NCBI GenBank assembly: GCA_031414955.1
Contig: JANOQV010000183.1
Span: 1 to 24,762 of the forward strand
Source of the DNA: Pedosphaera sp.
Lineage (GTDB): Bacteria > Verrucomicrobiota > Verrucomicrobiia > Limisphaerales > SIBH01
Direction of reading: 5' to 3'
DNA length: 24,762 bases
The position numbers and the translations under genes are program-made. Below the pieces are notes generated by a model. That model did no database searches and was not told where the DNA came from. It saw only the letters and a program-made list of their open reading frames with translations. This document shows positions 1 through 8,776 of the stretch, one piece after another; the first letter of the stretch is position 1, and the number at the start of each line of letters is the position of its first letter.

Positions 1-335
1 TTCGCCGACTGCACGGCGCTGAAGGGAATCTTCACGACTTCATCAATCGGCGGCGGCCACGACCAGTGCGCGCCTGGGCCGAGCAAGGCTTTGTCGCCTT
101 CGCCCACAGGTTTTCCAAAACGCAGCACCACCGCGCGCTCCTGCGGCCCGACGGTGAAAAATCCCGACGCGAAGAACAGCACGACCAGCCCGGCCATGAG
201 AATCTTGACGATCAGAAAGCTGCTGTGCAGCGCATCGGCGAGCGCGGTGGAACCGGCGTCGTCGGGCAACATGGGCACGGGGGCGGGCGGCTCGTCGTGC
301 GAGTGGGGGTGATCGTGGTCGTGAGGTGCGCTCAT
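1..335 (-). CDS. SPFH/band-7 protein, HflK-like, with a His-rich N-terminus (3' end runs off the window)
   Basis: Not in the ORF track. Manual translation from ATG at 335: MSAPHDHDHPHSHDEPPAPVPMLPDDAGSTALADALHSSFLIVKILMAGLVVLFFASGFFTVGPQERAVVLRFGKPVGEGDKALLGPGAHWSWPPPIDEVVKIP. One TM helix is followed by the SPFH N-terminal pattern F.V...E.AVVLRFGK...PG.HW.WP.PI. Confidence 0.88.
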   Translation of the reverse strand, partial: MSAPHDHDHPHSHDEPPAPVPMLPDDAGSTALADALHSSFLIVKILMAGLVVLFFASGFFTVGPQERAVVLRFGKPVGEGDKALLGPGAHWSWPPPIDEVVKIPFSAVQSA

Positions 336-353
336 TGGGTTGAAGGGCAAGAA

Positions 354-470
354 TTTACCGCAGAGGCGCAGAGGCGCAGAGACGCAGAGAGGAGCAGGAG
401 AGGAATTTCAGATAAGGGTAAAAGAATTTTTTCCCTCTGCGCCTCTGCACCTCTGCGTCTCTGCGGTAAA
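354..470. repeat. Inverted tandem-repeat element, 8-bp unit RCGCAGAG, 36-bp arms
   Basis: Left arm 354-389 TTTACCGCAGAGGCGCAGAGGCGCAGAGACGCAGAG. Right arm 435-470 is its reverse complement with 3 mismatches. Spacer is 45 bp. Confidence 0.9.
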
Positions 471-483
471 AAAATGTGCCAGT

Positions 484-1380
484 TCATTTCTTCGGCGTTA
501 TGGGGTTCATCAAATCCAGCGGTGACGTGTGCTGATCGAGAATCAGCGTCGTGCGCTCTTTCAGGAACAATTCCAACCCCGTGAGCCGCAACAGGAAGTT
601 CGCCAGCTCCGGCTCCTGATTCATCGTGCGCAACGACTCGGCAGCCTTCGATTCCGCTTCGCCACGGATGCGCAGCGCCTCGGCCTCGGCATCGCTCACC
701 AGCTTGGCGGCGTTGCGGTCGGCTTCGGCGCGGATGTTCGCGGCGCGGGCGTTGCCTTCGGATTCAATCTTCGACACCAGCACCTGCCGCTCGGCGCTCA
801 TGCGCTGGAAGACTTCGCCGGTCACGCTCTCGGGCAGGCCGAGTTTCTTGATGCCGAGGAACGCCACGTCGATGCCGTAGTTGTTCGTCTGCAAGCGGCC
901 CTGCACGCGCTCCAGCATTTCCTTTTCAATCTCGGCGAACTTCAGCTCCTGCGCGTTCACGGAGATGAAGTGGTTGAACGGATGCTGGCCGATGACGGCG
1001 CTCTTGGCGTCGCGGATGATTTCCTGGAGCGCGCGCTCGGCCTCGGTCACGGAACCGCCCGCGAACTTCGGGAAGAACGCCGCCGGCTCGCTGATGCGCC
1101 AGCCGGCATAGACGGCCACGAGCAGATTGTAGCCGTCGGGCGTGAGCGCCTCGTCGAACTTGCTCTCGAAATTCTGGATGCGCTTGTCGAGCTTGTGGAC
1201 TTTCTGGATGGGCCACGGCCACTTCGCGTAAAGGCCCGCGTCGGTGATCTGGCGCGTGGGCTTGCCGAAGGTCGTGACCACCGCGACCTCGGAGGTGCGC
1301 ACCTGGAACAGGAACAGCAGCAGCGCAAAGATGACGATGAGCACCGCGCCCACGGCCATGTTGAGAGGGTTCTTTTTCAT
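484..1380 (-). CDS. hflC: Protease modulator HflC-like SPFH protein
   Basis: N-terminal TM, FQVRTSEVAVVTTFGKP, GLYAKWPWPIQKVHKLDKRI, RMSAERQ, and an Ala/Glu-rich coiled coil (IRAEADR...AEAEALRIRGEAE). Confidence 0.88.
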   Translation of the reverse strand: MKKNPLNMAVGAVLIVIFALLLFLFQVRTSEVAVVTTFGKPTRQITDAGLYAKWPWPIQKVHKLDKRIQNFESKFDEALTPDGYNLLVAVYAGWRISEPAAFFPKFAGGSVTEAERALQEIIRDAKSAVIGQHPFNHFISVNAQELKFAEIEKEMLERVQGRLQTNNYGIDVAFLGIKKLGLPESVTGEVFQRMSAERQVLVSKIESEGNARAANIRAEADRNAAKLVSDAEAEALRIRGEAESKAAESLRTMNQEPELANFLLRLTGLELFLKERTTLILDQHTSPLDLMNPITPKK

Positions 1381-1428
1381 GGGATTAAAATTAAGTGCGA
1401 TGAGCGGCTAAAATTGTTCATCTGGAAT

Positions 1429-2361
1429 TCATTTCCCTACTTGTTTGTCCGCAATACGAATCACGTTTCGAGCCGTGTCTTGGTTCCGCTCAGAAGTGTT
1501 GGGCGCTTCCAGCACAGCCTCAGCAGCCTTCCGAATTTCACTGAGTGACATCAACTCTCGTAACGCTGGATTTTGAGCTATCTGCATCAAATTTCCCAGA
1601 GCCGCCGCTTTCACGTACTCGCCTTCGTCGAGCGTAAGTTTCAACAAGAGTTCCTTTCGTTTCAAAAGCTCCTTGGGAAACACCCTCGCTGCTTCAAGAG
1701 CTGACTGACGATAAATGGCGTTCGTGTGCTCTAGTGCCGCCATCACCTCCGCGATAATCTCGAACCGGCGTTCCGGCAGGCCGGCGTTTGCCGCTCTGAC
1801 GACTGACAACGAAGAAACACCAACAGGCATCCCGGCCAGTTGTCCACCAGCGACGGAAGTGAACTGTTGCGCTGCCGCGTATGCCTCCAGGAATCGTGAA
1901 AATCCCCCGTGATTATTGGTGCCGACGGCGAGCAAGGCAAAGCCCGCCGCCGTCTTGCGAGTCTGCTGAACTTCCGGCCAATAGCCCCTCGGTCCCGGTT
2001 GCTGCAACCATTTCCATCGCAGTTGGTGCTTCCATCGTTCCATTCGGGACATCGTCGATGGAAGTTCGGCCGGCTCAGTGATGCACTTCACCAACACCGG
2101 CACGGCGCGAGGACCGATGGCTGAAAGTGCGAGCACGGCGGGATCTGCGGCGATGGCTTCGGGAGAACGGAGCCTTCCAGTAATCCCCGCTGAGTTCGTT
2201 TCGTAGGTGGAGAACTGCAAGCTCTCCAACCATTCCGTTACGGTTTTACCACCATACGATGGCTCGCTAACCGAACGGTTGATCAGCCAGAGGCCCCCGG
2301 CAAGAAACAGGACGACCGCCAGAGCGATCATCCATTTTCGATTGGGCAATGGTTGGTTCAC
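1429..2361 (-). CDS. Membrane-anchored HEAT-like repeat protein
   Basis: N-terminal TM, then EPSYGGKTVTEWLE, ALSAIGPRAVPVLV and DEGEYVKAAALGNL HEAT-like segments. GTG start overlaps the upstream TGA (GTGA). Codons are visibly more AT-rich than in the neighbours. Confidence 0.7.
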   Translation of the reverse strand: MNQPLPNRKWMIALAVVLFLAGGLWLINRSVSEPSYGGKTVTEWLESLQFSTYETNSAGITGRLRSPEAIAADPAVLALSAIGPRAVPVLVKCITEPAELPSTMSRMERWKHQLRWKWLQQPGPRGYWPEVQQTRKTAAGFALLAVGTNNHGGFSRFLEAYAAAQQFTSVAGGQLAGMPVGVSSLSVVRAANAGLPERRFEIIAEVMAALEHTNAIYRQSALEAARVFPKELLKRKELLLKLTLDEGEYVKAAALGNLMQIAQNPALRELMSLSEIRKAAEAVLEAPNTSERNQDTARNVIRIADKQVGK

Positions 2362-4220
2362 TTTTTCGGTGCGGGAATACTCACATCCAGCAAGCTCCGC
2401 TCGTACTTCTCCGTCAGATCAAATTGAATCACGTCGTCGGTGTTCGTGGTGGCGACGACGTATTTGCGCACGTTGCCGCCCTGGCGGGCCAGCGTCTGCA
2501 AATAGGCGCGCGTGGTGTAAATCTCCGGCGCGGCGCGATAGGCGGGAATCTGGTTCGTGAACGACGCGGCGCGGGCCAGCGCGATGGACTTGGTGCGCGT
2601 GGCCTCCGCTTCGGCGCCCAGCACCGTGCGGCGCGCGATGGAACCAGCGAGCGCGTTGGTGGTGATGGCGTAGGCGCGCGCGACGTTGACCTTCGCCTCC
2701 GCCGCCTGCCGCGCGCCGACGACTTTCTGGTACGCGCCAGCCACCGCGACCGGCGGATGAATGTCCTGCAACCCCACCATGATGATGCGCGCGCCGAGCT
2801 GCCGCTGATCCGCTGCGGATTGGATGCGCTGGCGCAATCCCTCGGCCGCCGTGCCGCGTCCAGTGGACATCAACTCATTCAAGTCCGCGTTCACGAGGTA
2901 GAGCACGACTTCGCGCGTGGCGATTTTCTCCAGCAGATGATCCGGCTCGGTGCTGTTGTAGGCCCACGCCGTGAGGTTCGTGATCTGAAACTGCACCGGG
3001 ATGCTGACGGTGAGCAGATTCACCGGCGGACTTTTCTTCGCGCCATCGAGATTGGTCACGCTCTCGCGACTGGCAACGAGCAGATTGAACTCCTCCTTCG
3101 CGTGGCTCACGGTCCAGAGCACGGTGTCTTCCTGCTCTGCGTTTTCGTCATGCTCCAATCCCACCTCGAAGGTCTGAATCCGCTCGGTCTGGTAGCGATG
3201 CACCTTGTCGATGGGCCACGGCATCTTGAAGTGCCAGCCGGGATCGAGAATGGCGCTGCCGGCGACGGGCTTGCCGAAGCGTTCGAGCAAGGCCTGCTCG
3301 CCGGTTTCAAGGACGACAAAGGACGTGGAAAGGACTAAAAGGGCGAACTGCCCAAGGACAATCCACGCGAAGGCACGTTGGAGAAACTGGAAGAACCAGG
3401 TGTCGGAGACCTTGAAGCCGAACTGATAATCCAGCGCGTGCGCCGCTGTGGTGAAGAGGCTTTCGGGCTGCGAAATCAAGCTTATCACGCGGCTGTGATA
3501 CAGCAGGCGCGTCTCGCGGCCCTTCACGCGCGGACGATAGATTTCCAGCACGAGCGTCAGCAGCGTTTCGACCGCGAGGATGCCGAGCAGGATGACCAGC
3601 GTGCGCGCGATGTAGAGGTCGGCGCGGGGAATCTCGAAGTAAGCCAGCCCGGTCGCGAGCGCCGAGAGCGCGGAGAAATAGGCGGCGGACAGGACGGATA
3701 CGGCGGGTGGTTCCAGCAGGCGCAGCTTCTCCAACCGCGCCAACGCCACCGAGAATCGTCCGAGGATGAAGAACACCAGGGTAACGACCGCGAAGATCAC
3801 CAGAGCGAAGACCGGTTTCTCCATCGCGACCACCGGCTTCTGCAACCAGCGCCAGAGGAAAAAGACACCCACCGCTTCGCCGAGCAGCAAGGCCAGCGTG
3901 AAGCCCGGCACGATGAACTTTTCAAACTGCTCGCGCGAGCGGCGGGCGGGCAAGCCAGAGACTTCATCCTTGTTGAACAGCGCGGAAGCGGACGGCGATT
4001 TGGTCAACTCATCGTATTCGAGCCGCTCGTTCTTCTCGCGCTCGGCCAGTTGCATGAGGACGAAAGTGACCATCGTGGCCAGGCAGCCGATGCCGCAGAA
4101 GACCACGGCGACCGTGGCAGTCAACGCATGGGTGGTAAGCGCCACTCCGAGTCCCGCCGCACCCGCGATGAGCAGCACGGCGAGATTCAGCAGCGTCAGT
4201 TTGGTTCGATTCTGTTCCAT
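2358..4220 (-). CDS. HflK-like SPFH protein fused to an N-terminal multi-TM domain
   Basis: About 7 hydrophobic helices in the first ~300 aa, then SFVVLETGEQALLERFGKP..PGWHFKMPWPID and LQDIHPPVAVAGAYQKVVGA (HflK-type). Start moved to ATG 4220 because the ORF extension to 4307 reads through a repeat element. Confidence 0.82.
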   Translation of the reverse strand: MEQNRTKLTLLNLAVLLIAGAAGLGVALTTHALTATVAVVFCGIGCLATMVTFVLMQLAEREKNERLEYDELTKSPSASALFNKDEVSGLPARRSREQFEKFIVPGFTLALLLGEAVGVFFLWRWLQKPVVAMEKPVFALVIFAVVTLVFFILGRFSVALARLEKLRLLEPPAVSVLSAAYFSALSALATGLAYFEIPRADLYIARTLVILLGILAVETLLTLVLEIYRPRVKGRETRLLYHSRVISLISQPESLFTTAAHALDYQFGFKVSDTWFFQFLQRAFAWIVLGQFALLVLSTSFVVLETGEQALLERFGKPVAGSAILDPGWHFKMPWPIDKVHRYQTERIQTFEVGLEHDENAEQEDTVLWTVSHAKEEFNLLVASRESVTNLDGAKKSPPVNLLTVSIPVQFQITNLTAWAYNSTEPDHLLEKIATREVVLYLVNADLNELMSTGRGTAAEGLRQRIQSAADQRQLGARIIMVGLQDIHPPVAVAGAYQKVVGARQAAEAKVNVARAYAITTNALAGSIARRTVLGAEAEATRTKSIALARAASFTNQIPAYRAAPEIYTTRAYLQTLARQGGNVRKYVVATTNTDDVIQFDLTEKYERSLLDVSIPAPKK

Positions 4221-4258
4221 CAGGTTGAGTGCGATGTTGTCACGGTGACGGACGGGGA

Positions 4259-4387
4259 AAAGATCCAAGATCCAAGGACCAAGATCCAGAGAAGCTCCAA
4301 GAACCAAACTTCAAACCGCGAACGCCATTGCTTGGAGCTTGGGGCTTGATGTTTCTCTGGAGCTTGGAGCTTGGTGCTTGGTGCTTT
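4259..4387. repeat. Inverted heptamer-array element (AAGMWCC / GGWGCTT)
   Basis: Two 56-bp arms, 4259-4314 and 4332-4387. Each is 4 heptamers, then an AGAG phase shift, then 3 heptamers. The right arm abuts the permease stop codon. Confidence 0.85.
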
Positions 4388-5346
4388 CATCCCAGTTCCC
4401 GATCTTCAAACAAACACAGCGCCACGCACAGCGCGGCCCCGACATAGCAGACGGTGTAGGCCAGCGACGAACCCAGATAAGGCACCCACGCAATGGGTTT
4501 TTTCGCGATGAGCGCGTCGCCGCCCCAGAACAACTGCCAGTTTGGCAGCATGGCGTAAGGAATATTCGCCCACCATGAACCGTCGCGAACGCGCGTGCCG
4601 AAAATGTAATCGGACATCAAGCCCAGCAGGAAGAAGCCCGAGCAGATGGCCAGAGTGGAAATCATTTCCAGCCGCGTCGAGCAGGCCAAAGCCAACCCGG
4701 CGAGAATCCAGAGCGCGAAAAGAATCAGCACCGAGGCCGGGACCATCCGCCAGTCGGTCACGCCACCTTCCGAAGCCGCGTCCTGCTTGGGCAAAGCATT
4801 GATGATGAAGAACGACACCGTGATCATCAGGACAACGGCGAGGAGCGCGTGCGACACGAAGGGCCGGCGCAGGAAGTAATTCACAAAACCGCCCGCTGCA
4901 TAAGCGAGGACGAGCGAGCCGAAGAAAATGGCCAGCGCGCGCAAGTCCGCCGAGCCATAGGCGTCGAAGGTGATGCGACTGGCAGTAAGCGCGGCCATCA
5001 TATTGATGTAATTGAGCACAGCCAGTGCCGCGGCCAGCCCGGTGTATTTGGCCAGCAGGAATTGCGCTCGCCCGATGGGTTTGGAGAGCACGGAGAGCGC
5101 GGTGCCGGTGCGAATTTCACGCGCCAGCGTGTTGCTCGCGCTCAACACGGCACCGAGCAATCCGGCCACCAGCATCACGGCCAGCACAGATTGCTTCACC
5201 AAAATGGGGTCATCCCCGAAGCCAAAGTAGGGAACGCTGGCCAGGAAGACCGCAAAGCTGGCCGACGCCGTGGACAGCAGCAGAAAAATCGGCTGCCGAA
5301 TCAGCTCCATGAACGTGTTTGTAGCGATGGTTGCGAACTGCCGCAT
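4387..5346 (-). CDS. ABC-2-type transporter permease
   Basis: MRQFATIATNTFMELIRQP start and the REIRTGTALSVLSKPIGRAQFLLAKYTG motif typical of ABC-2/NosY-like permeases. About 8 hydrophobic segments. Confidence 0.88.
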   Translation of the reverse strand: MRQFATIATNTFMELIRQPIFLLLSTASASFAVFLASVPYFGFGDDPILVKQSVLAVMLVAGLLGAVLSASNTLAREIRTGTALSVLSKPIGRAQFLLAKYTGLAAALAVLNYINMMAALTASRITFDAYGSADLRALAIFFGSLVLAYAAGGFVNYFLRRPFVSHALLAVVLMITVSFFIINALPKQDAASEGGVTDWRMVPASVLILFALWILAGLALACSTRLEMISTLAICSGFFLLGLMSDYIFGTRVRDGSWWANIPYAMLPNWQLFWGGDALIAKKPIAWVPYLGSSLAYTVCYVGAALCVALCLFEDRELG

Positions 5347-5450
5347 GAATTTGAAGGCGATGTTTTATGGGTTAGATGCGCGGTTGCAAATGGTTATTCC
5401 CGGCGGACATCGGGAAACTGCGCGAAGTCGCGGCCGACTGGTCCGCGCCG

Positions 5451-6902
5451 TCACGGGGTGACAAGCAAGGCTTCCTCGTAAACGCGGACATACTCCGCCG
5501 CCGTGCGTTCCCAGGAAAAGTCGGCGCGCATGGCGTTCTGCTGGTAGAGGGCGAAGAGTTCCTTGTTCTCGTAGAGCACCAGCGCCTTGCGGATGGCCTT
5601 GGCCAGGGCGCGGGCGGAATACTCGCCGAATTTGATGCCGTCGGCGCGTTCGTCGTTGTCGGTCAGGTCGGTCACAGAATCGTCGAGTCCGCCGGTGCGG
5701 CGCACGATCGGGATGGTGCCGTAGCGCTGTGAATACATCTGGTTCAAGCCGCACGGCTCAAAGCGCGAAGGCATCAGGAAAAAGTCCGCGCCCGCTTCGA
5801 CGCGGTGCGAAAGGCCATTGCTGAAGCCGATATGCACCGAGACCTTGGAAGGAAACCGCCGCGCCAGTTCGCGGTAAGCAGACTCAAAGGCCGGATCGCC
5901 GCTGCCCAGCAAGGCGAACTGAATGTCTGCCGCGAGCATTTCCTGGAGCGCTGCGAGTTGGATATCCACGCCCTTCTGATCGGCAAGCCGCGTCACGCTG
6001 GCAAAGAGCGGCACGCCCGGTGCGAGCGGCAGGTTCATCTCGCGCTGAAGCGCCGCCTTGTTCTCCGCCTTGCCACGGAACTCCTCGATAGAATAGCGGT
6101 GGAGAAGGTGACCGTTCTCCAGCGTGTTCCATTCCTCGTAATCCACGCCGTTGAGAATGCCCGTGAGCACGCGCTGGCGGCGGCGCAGCACTCCATCGAG
6201 TCCGCAGCCGTAAAGCTCGGTCGTGATCTCGCGCGCGTAACGCGGGCTGACCGTCGTGAGCACGTCCGAGTATTCGAGTCCGGCTTTGAGACAATTCAAC
6301 TGGCCGTAGCTCTCCGCGCCTTCGGGGTGGTAATACGCCGGTGGCAGATTGGTCAGCGCGTAGGTGCTGGCGGGAAAATTTCCCTGATAAGCGAGATTGT
6401 GAACCGTCAGGCAAGTGCCAGGCGGATTACGCCAGCCGTCGCGTGCGGCCTGATCCTGAATCAGCAGCGGCACCATCGCGACCTGCCAGTCGTGGACATG
6501 GACGATCTCCGGCTGCCACGGCAGATAGCGCGCGAGGTTCGCGGTGGCTTTCGCGAGAAACAGGAAGCGGTCGGCGTTCTCCGTCCAATCCCAGTCTCCA
6601 ACGTAAAGCCCGGCGCGGTCGTAGAAGTGCGGCTGGTCGATGAAGTAGATGGTGAGGTTGTCCGCCGGCTCCAGCACGCAGACGCCGCCCTGCACACGGC
6701 GGTCGCCGAGTGGCAAATCAAGATGCCAGTCGAATCGCCGGATGCTGGGAAACTTTTTCTGGATGCCGCGATAGAGCGGTGTGACCACGCCGACTTGGTG
6801 GCCTTGCGCCGCGAGCGTCTTGGCCAGCGCGCCCACCATGTCGGCGAGACCGCCGCTCTTGGAGAAGGGGTGGAGTTCGCTGGCGGCGAGAAGGAGTTTC
6901 AT
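5451..6902 (-). CDS. glgA: Glycogen synthase
   Basis: MKLLLAASELHPFSKSGGLADMVGAL (KxGGL), HVHDWQ, TVHNLAYQG, GILNGVDY, RLADQKG, MPSRFEPCGLNQMYS. Start at ATG 6902, since the upstream extension is repeat-derived. Confidence 0.97.
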   Translation of the reverse strand: MKLLLAASELHPFSKSGGLADMVGALAKTLAAQGHQVGVVTPLYRGIQKKFPSIRRFDWHLDLPLGDRRVQGGVCVLEPADNLTIYFIDQPHFYDRAGLYVGDWDWTENADRFLFLAKATANLARYLPWQPEIVHVHDWQVAMVPLLIQDQAARDGWRNPPGTCLTVHNLAYQGNFPASTYALTNLPPAYYHPEGAESYGQLNCLKAGLEYSDVLTTVSPRYAREITTELYGCGLDGVLRRRQRVLTGILNGVDYEEWNTLENGHLLHRYSIEEFRGKAENKAALQREMNLPLAPGVPLFASVTRLADQKGVDIQLAALQEMLAADIQFALLGSGDPAFESAYRELARRFPSKVSVHIGFSNGLSHRVEAGADFFLMPSRFEPCGLNQMYSQRYGTIPIVRRTGGLDDSVTDLTDNDERADGIKFGEYSARALAKAIRKALVLYENKELFALYQQNAMRADFSWERTAAEYVRVYEEALLVTP

Positions 6903-6909
6903 GGGGGGC

Positions 6910-7059
6910 AAATTCCAAAATCCAAATCCCAAATCCCAAACAAATTCCAAGGCCTCAAATTCCAACCCAAGCCAGCCTCCACGAGCAGCGCGTCCATTTG
7001 GAATTTGGGGCTTGGAATTTGGAGCTTGTTTGGGATTTGGGATTTGGATTTTGGAATTT
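6910..7059. repeat. Inverted heptamer-array element (AAATYCC / GGRATTT)
   Basis: The outer 34 bp of the two arms are perfect reverse complements (AAATTCCAAAATCCAAATCCCAAATCCCAAACAA). Each arm is 4 heptamers, then an AAAC shift, then further heptamers. It fills the serS-glgA spacer. Confidence 0.9.
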
Positions 7060-7062
7060 CCA

Positions 7063-8364
7063 TCACGCTGAAATCCTCTCCGCCTTCAAATACGGCTGTA
7101 ACGCCGCCGGAATGTTCACGCTCCCATCGGCCTGCTGGTGTGTCTCAATCAACGCCACGAACAAACGCGCCAGCGCCGTGCCGCTGCCGTTGAGGATGTG
7201 CGGCAATTTGTTTTCGCCCGCCTCGGTTTTGAAGCGCATGTTCATCCGCCGCGCCTGGAAGTCCTCGCAGTTCGAGCAGCTCGACACTTCGAGATACGTC
7301 CCCTGCCCCGGCGCCCACACTTCGATGTCGTAGGTCTTCGCGCTGGCGAAACCCATGTCGCCGGTGCAGAGATTGATGACGCGGTAATGCAGGCCGAGGA
7401 GTTGCAAAACTTTCTCCGCGTTCGCGACCATCTTCTCCAATTCATCGTAGCTGTCCTCCGGCTTCACGATCTTGATCAGCTCCACCTTGTCGAACTGATG
7501 CACGCGGATCATCCCGCGCGTGCCGAGTCCCGCCGCGCCCGCCTCGGCGCGAAAGCACGGACTGTAGGCGACGTAACGAATCGGCAGTTGCTTCTCGGAG
7601 AGAATTTCCTCGCGATGAATGTTCGCGACCGGGGCTTCCGCCGTGGGCACCAGATAAAGTTTCCCCAGCGTGTCGTTGTCGTTGCCCTCGCGCACCGCGT
7701 AAGCCTGATCCTCGAACTTGGGGAACTGCCCCACACCCGTCATGCAATCACGACTGACGATGTAAGGCGGTGAAACCTCGGTGTAGCCATGCTCGGTCGT
7801 GTGCAAGTCGAGGAGCATGGAGATCAGCGCGCGCTCCAGTTTCGCGCCCCAGTTCGTGTAGAGCAGGAAGGCGCTCCCGGAAAGTTTCGCGCCACGCGCG
7901 AAGTCGATGAGCTTCAACTTCTCGCACAACTCAACGTGCGACTTGGGCTTGAAGCCGAACTCCGGCTTCGTGCCCCACTGGCGAATCTCCGGGTTCTCCT
8001 CCGCCGTCTTGCCAACCGCCACGCTGGCGTGCGGCAGGTTCGGCAGGCGAATGAGGATCGCATCGCACGCTTCGCCGACGAGCTTCACCCGCGCATCCAG
8101 TGCCGTGATGCGGTCGCCGATGTCCTTCGTCTCCGCCTTCTTGGCCTCGGCCTCGGCGAGCTTCTTCTGGCCCATAAGCGCGCCGATTTCCTTCGAGACG
8201 CGGTTGCGCGTGGCCTTCAACTGCTCGACTTCGACCAGCAGTTTGCGCCGCTCGTCATCCAGCGCGAGCACTTCAGAAATTTTCAATTCGTCCCCGCCGT
8301 GGCGCGCGGCCAGGCGTTCGCGGACATGATCGGCTTTCTCCCGAATCAAACGAACATCAAGCAT
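7063..8364 (-). CDS. serS: Serine--tRNA ligase
   Basis: MLDVRLIRE start, N-terminal coiled coil, LPNLPH, YLVPTAE, motif 2 FRAEAGAAGLGTRGMIRVHQFDKVE, EVSSCSNCEDFQARR, HILNGSGTALAR. Confidence 0.97.
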   Translation of the reverse strand: MLDVRLIREKADHVRERLAARHGGDELKISEVLALDDERRKLLVEVEQLKATRNRVSKEIGALMGQKKLAEAEAKKAETKDIGDRITALDARVKLVGEACDAILIRLPNLPHASVAVGKTAEENPEIRQWGTKPEFGFKPKSHVELCEKLKLIDFARGAKLSGSAFLLYTNWGAKLERALISMLLDLHTTEHGYTEVSPPYIVSRDCMTGVGQFPKFEDQAYAVREGNDNDTLGKLYLVPTAEAPVANIHREEILSEKQLPIRYVAYSPCFRAEAGAAGLGTRGMIRVHQFDKVELIKIVKPEDSYDELEKMVANAEKVLQLLGLHYRVINLCTGDMGFASAKTYDIEVWAPGQGTYLEVSSCSNCEDFQARRMNMRFKTEAGENKLPHILNGSGTALARLFVALIETHQQADGSVNIPAALQPYLKAERISA

Positions 8365-8370
8365 CGCGGG

Positions 8371-8398
8371 AGTATAGGAACCGACTTTTGCGAGGCAA
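8371..8398 (-). promoter_or_regulatory. Candidate sigma70 promoter for leaderless serS
   Basis: Minus strand TTGCCT-N16-TATACT-N6-ATG, with no Shine-Dalgarno sequence. Confidence 0.6.
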
Positions 8399-8485
8399 GC
8401 ACGCGGGCAATCGAGCGTCAGTTGTGGAGGCCGGAATTCCGAGGGAGGAATGGCGGGCCGGCCACGGGCGGGCCGCAAACTTCGT

Positions 8486-8595
8486 CGGCGCGCGGGTTTT
8501 CAACCCGCCGCAAGGCCCGACCTGCGACCACATGGATAACTTCACATGACGTTCTGACAAGGTTGGCCTGGGGCGGGTTGAAAACCCGCGCGCCG
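8486..8595. repeat. REP-like doublet
   Basis: Perfect 24-bp inverted pair CGGCGCGCGGGTTTTCAACCCGCC (8486-8509 and 8572-8595). Each arm is itself a hairpin (GCGGGTT-ttc-AACCCGC). Confidence 0.85.
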
Positions 8596-8703
8596 GGGCC
8601 AGGCCACGGGCCGGGCTGAGGTTCAACTTTGGAATTCGAGTTACACCGAGACCAAGGCGGTCTGCGTGCCGCTTGAGGAGATACTTCCACCCCTGAGCCG
8701 ACG

Positions 8704-8734
8704 AAAAAGCCGGCTCACGGAAGCGCGAGCCGGC
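8704..8734 (-). terminator. Rho-independent terminator of the pilin-like operon
   Basis: Minus strand GCCGGCTCGCG-cttc-CGTGAGCCGGC-TTTTT, about 40 bp after the stop at 8777. Confidence 0.8.
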
Positions 8735-8776
8735 GGGAAGTCGGACGGGAAGTCGGACGGGAATATGGACTCGGGA

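Noticed and set aside
4221..8478. N-terminal extensions of the HflK-like (4307), glgA (6965) and serS (8478) ORFs
   Set aside because: The extensions translate repeat or promoter DNA (e.g. WDLGFGFWNL). Family-typical N-termini begin at 4220, 6902 and 8364.
8734..8763. CGGGAAGTCGGA tandem repeat as a regulatory site
   Set aside because: It has only about 2.5 copies between a stop codon and a terminator, with no other support.
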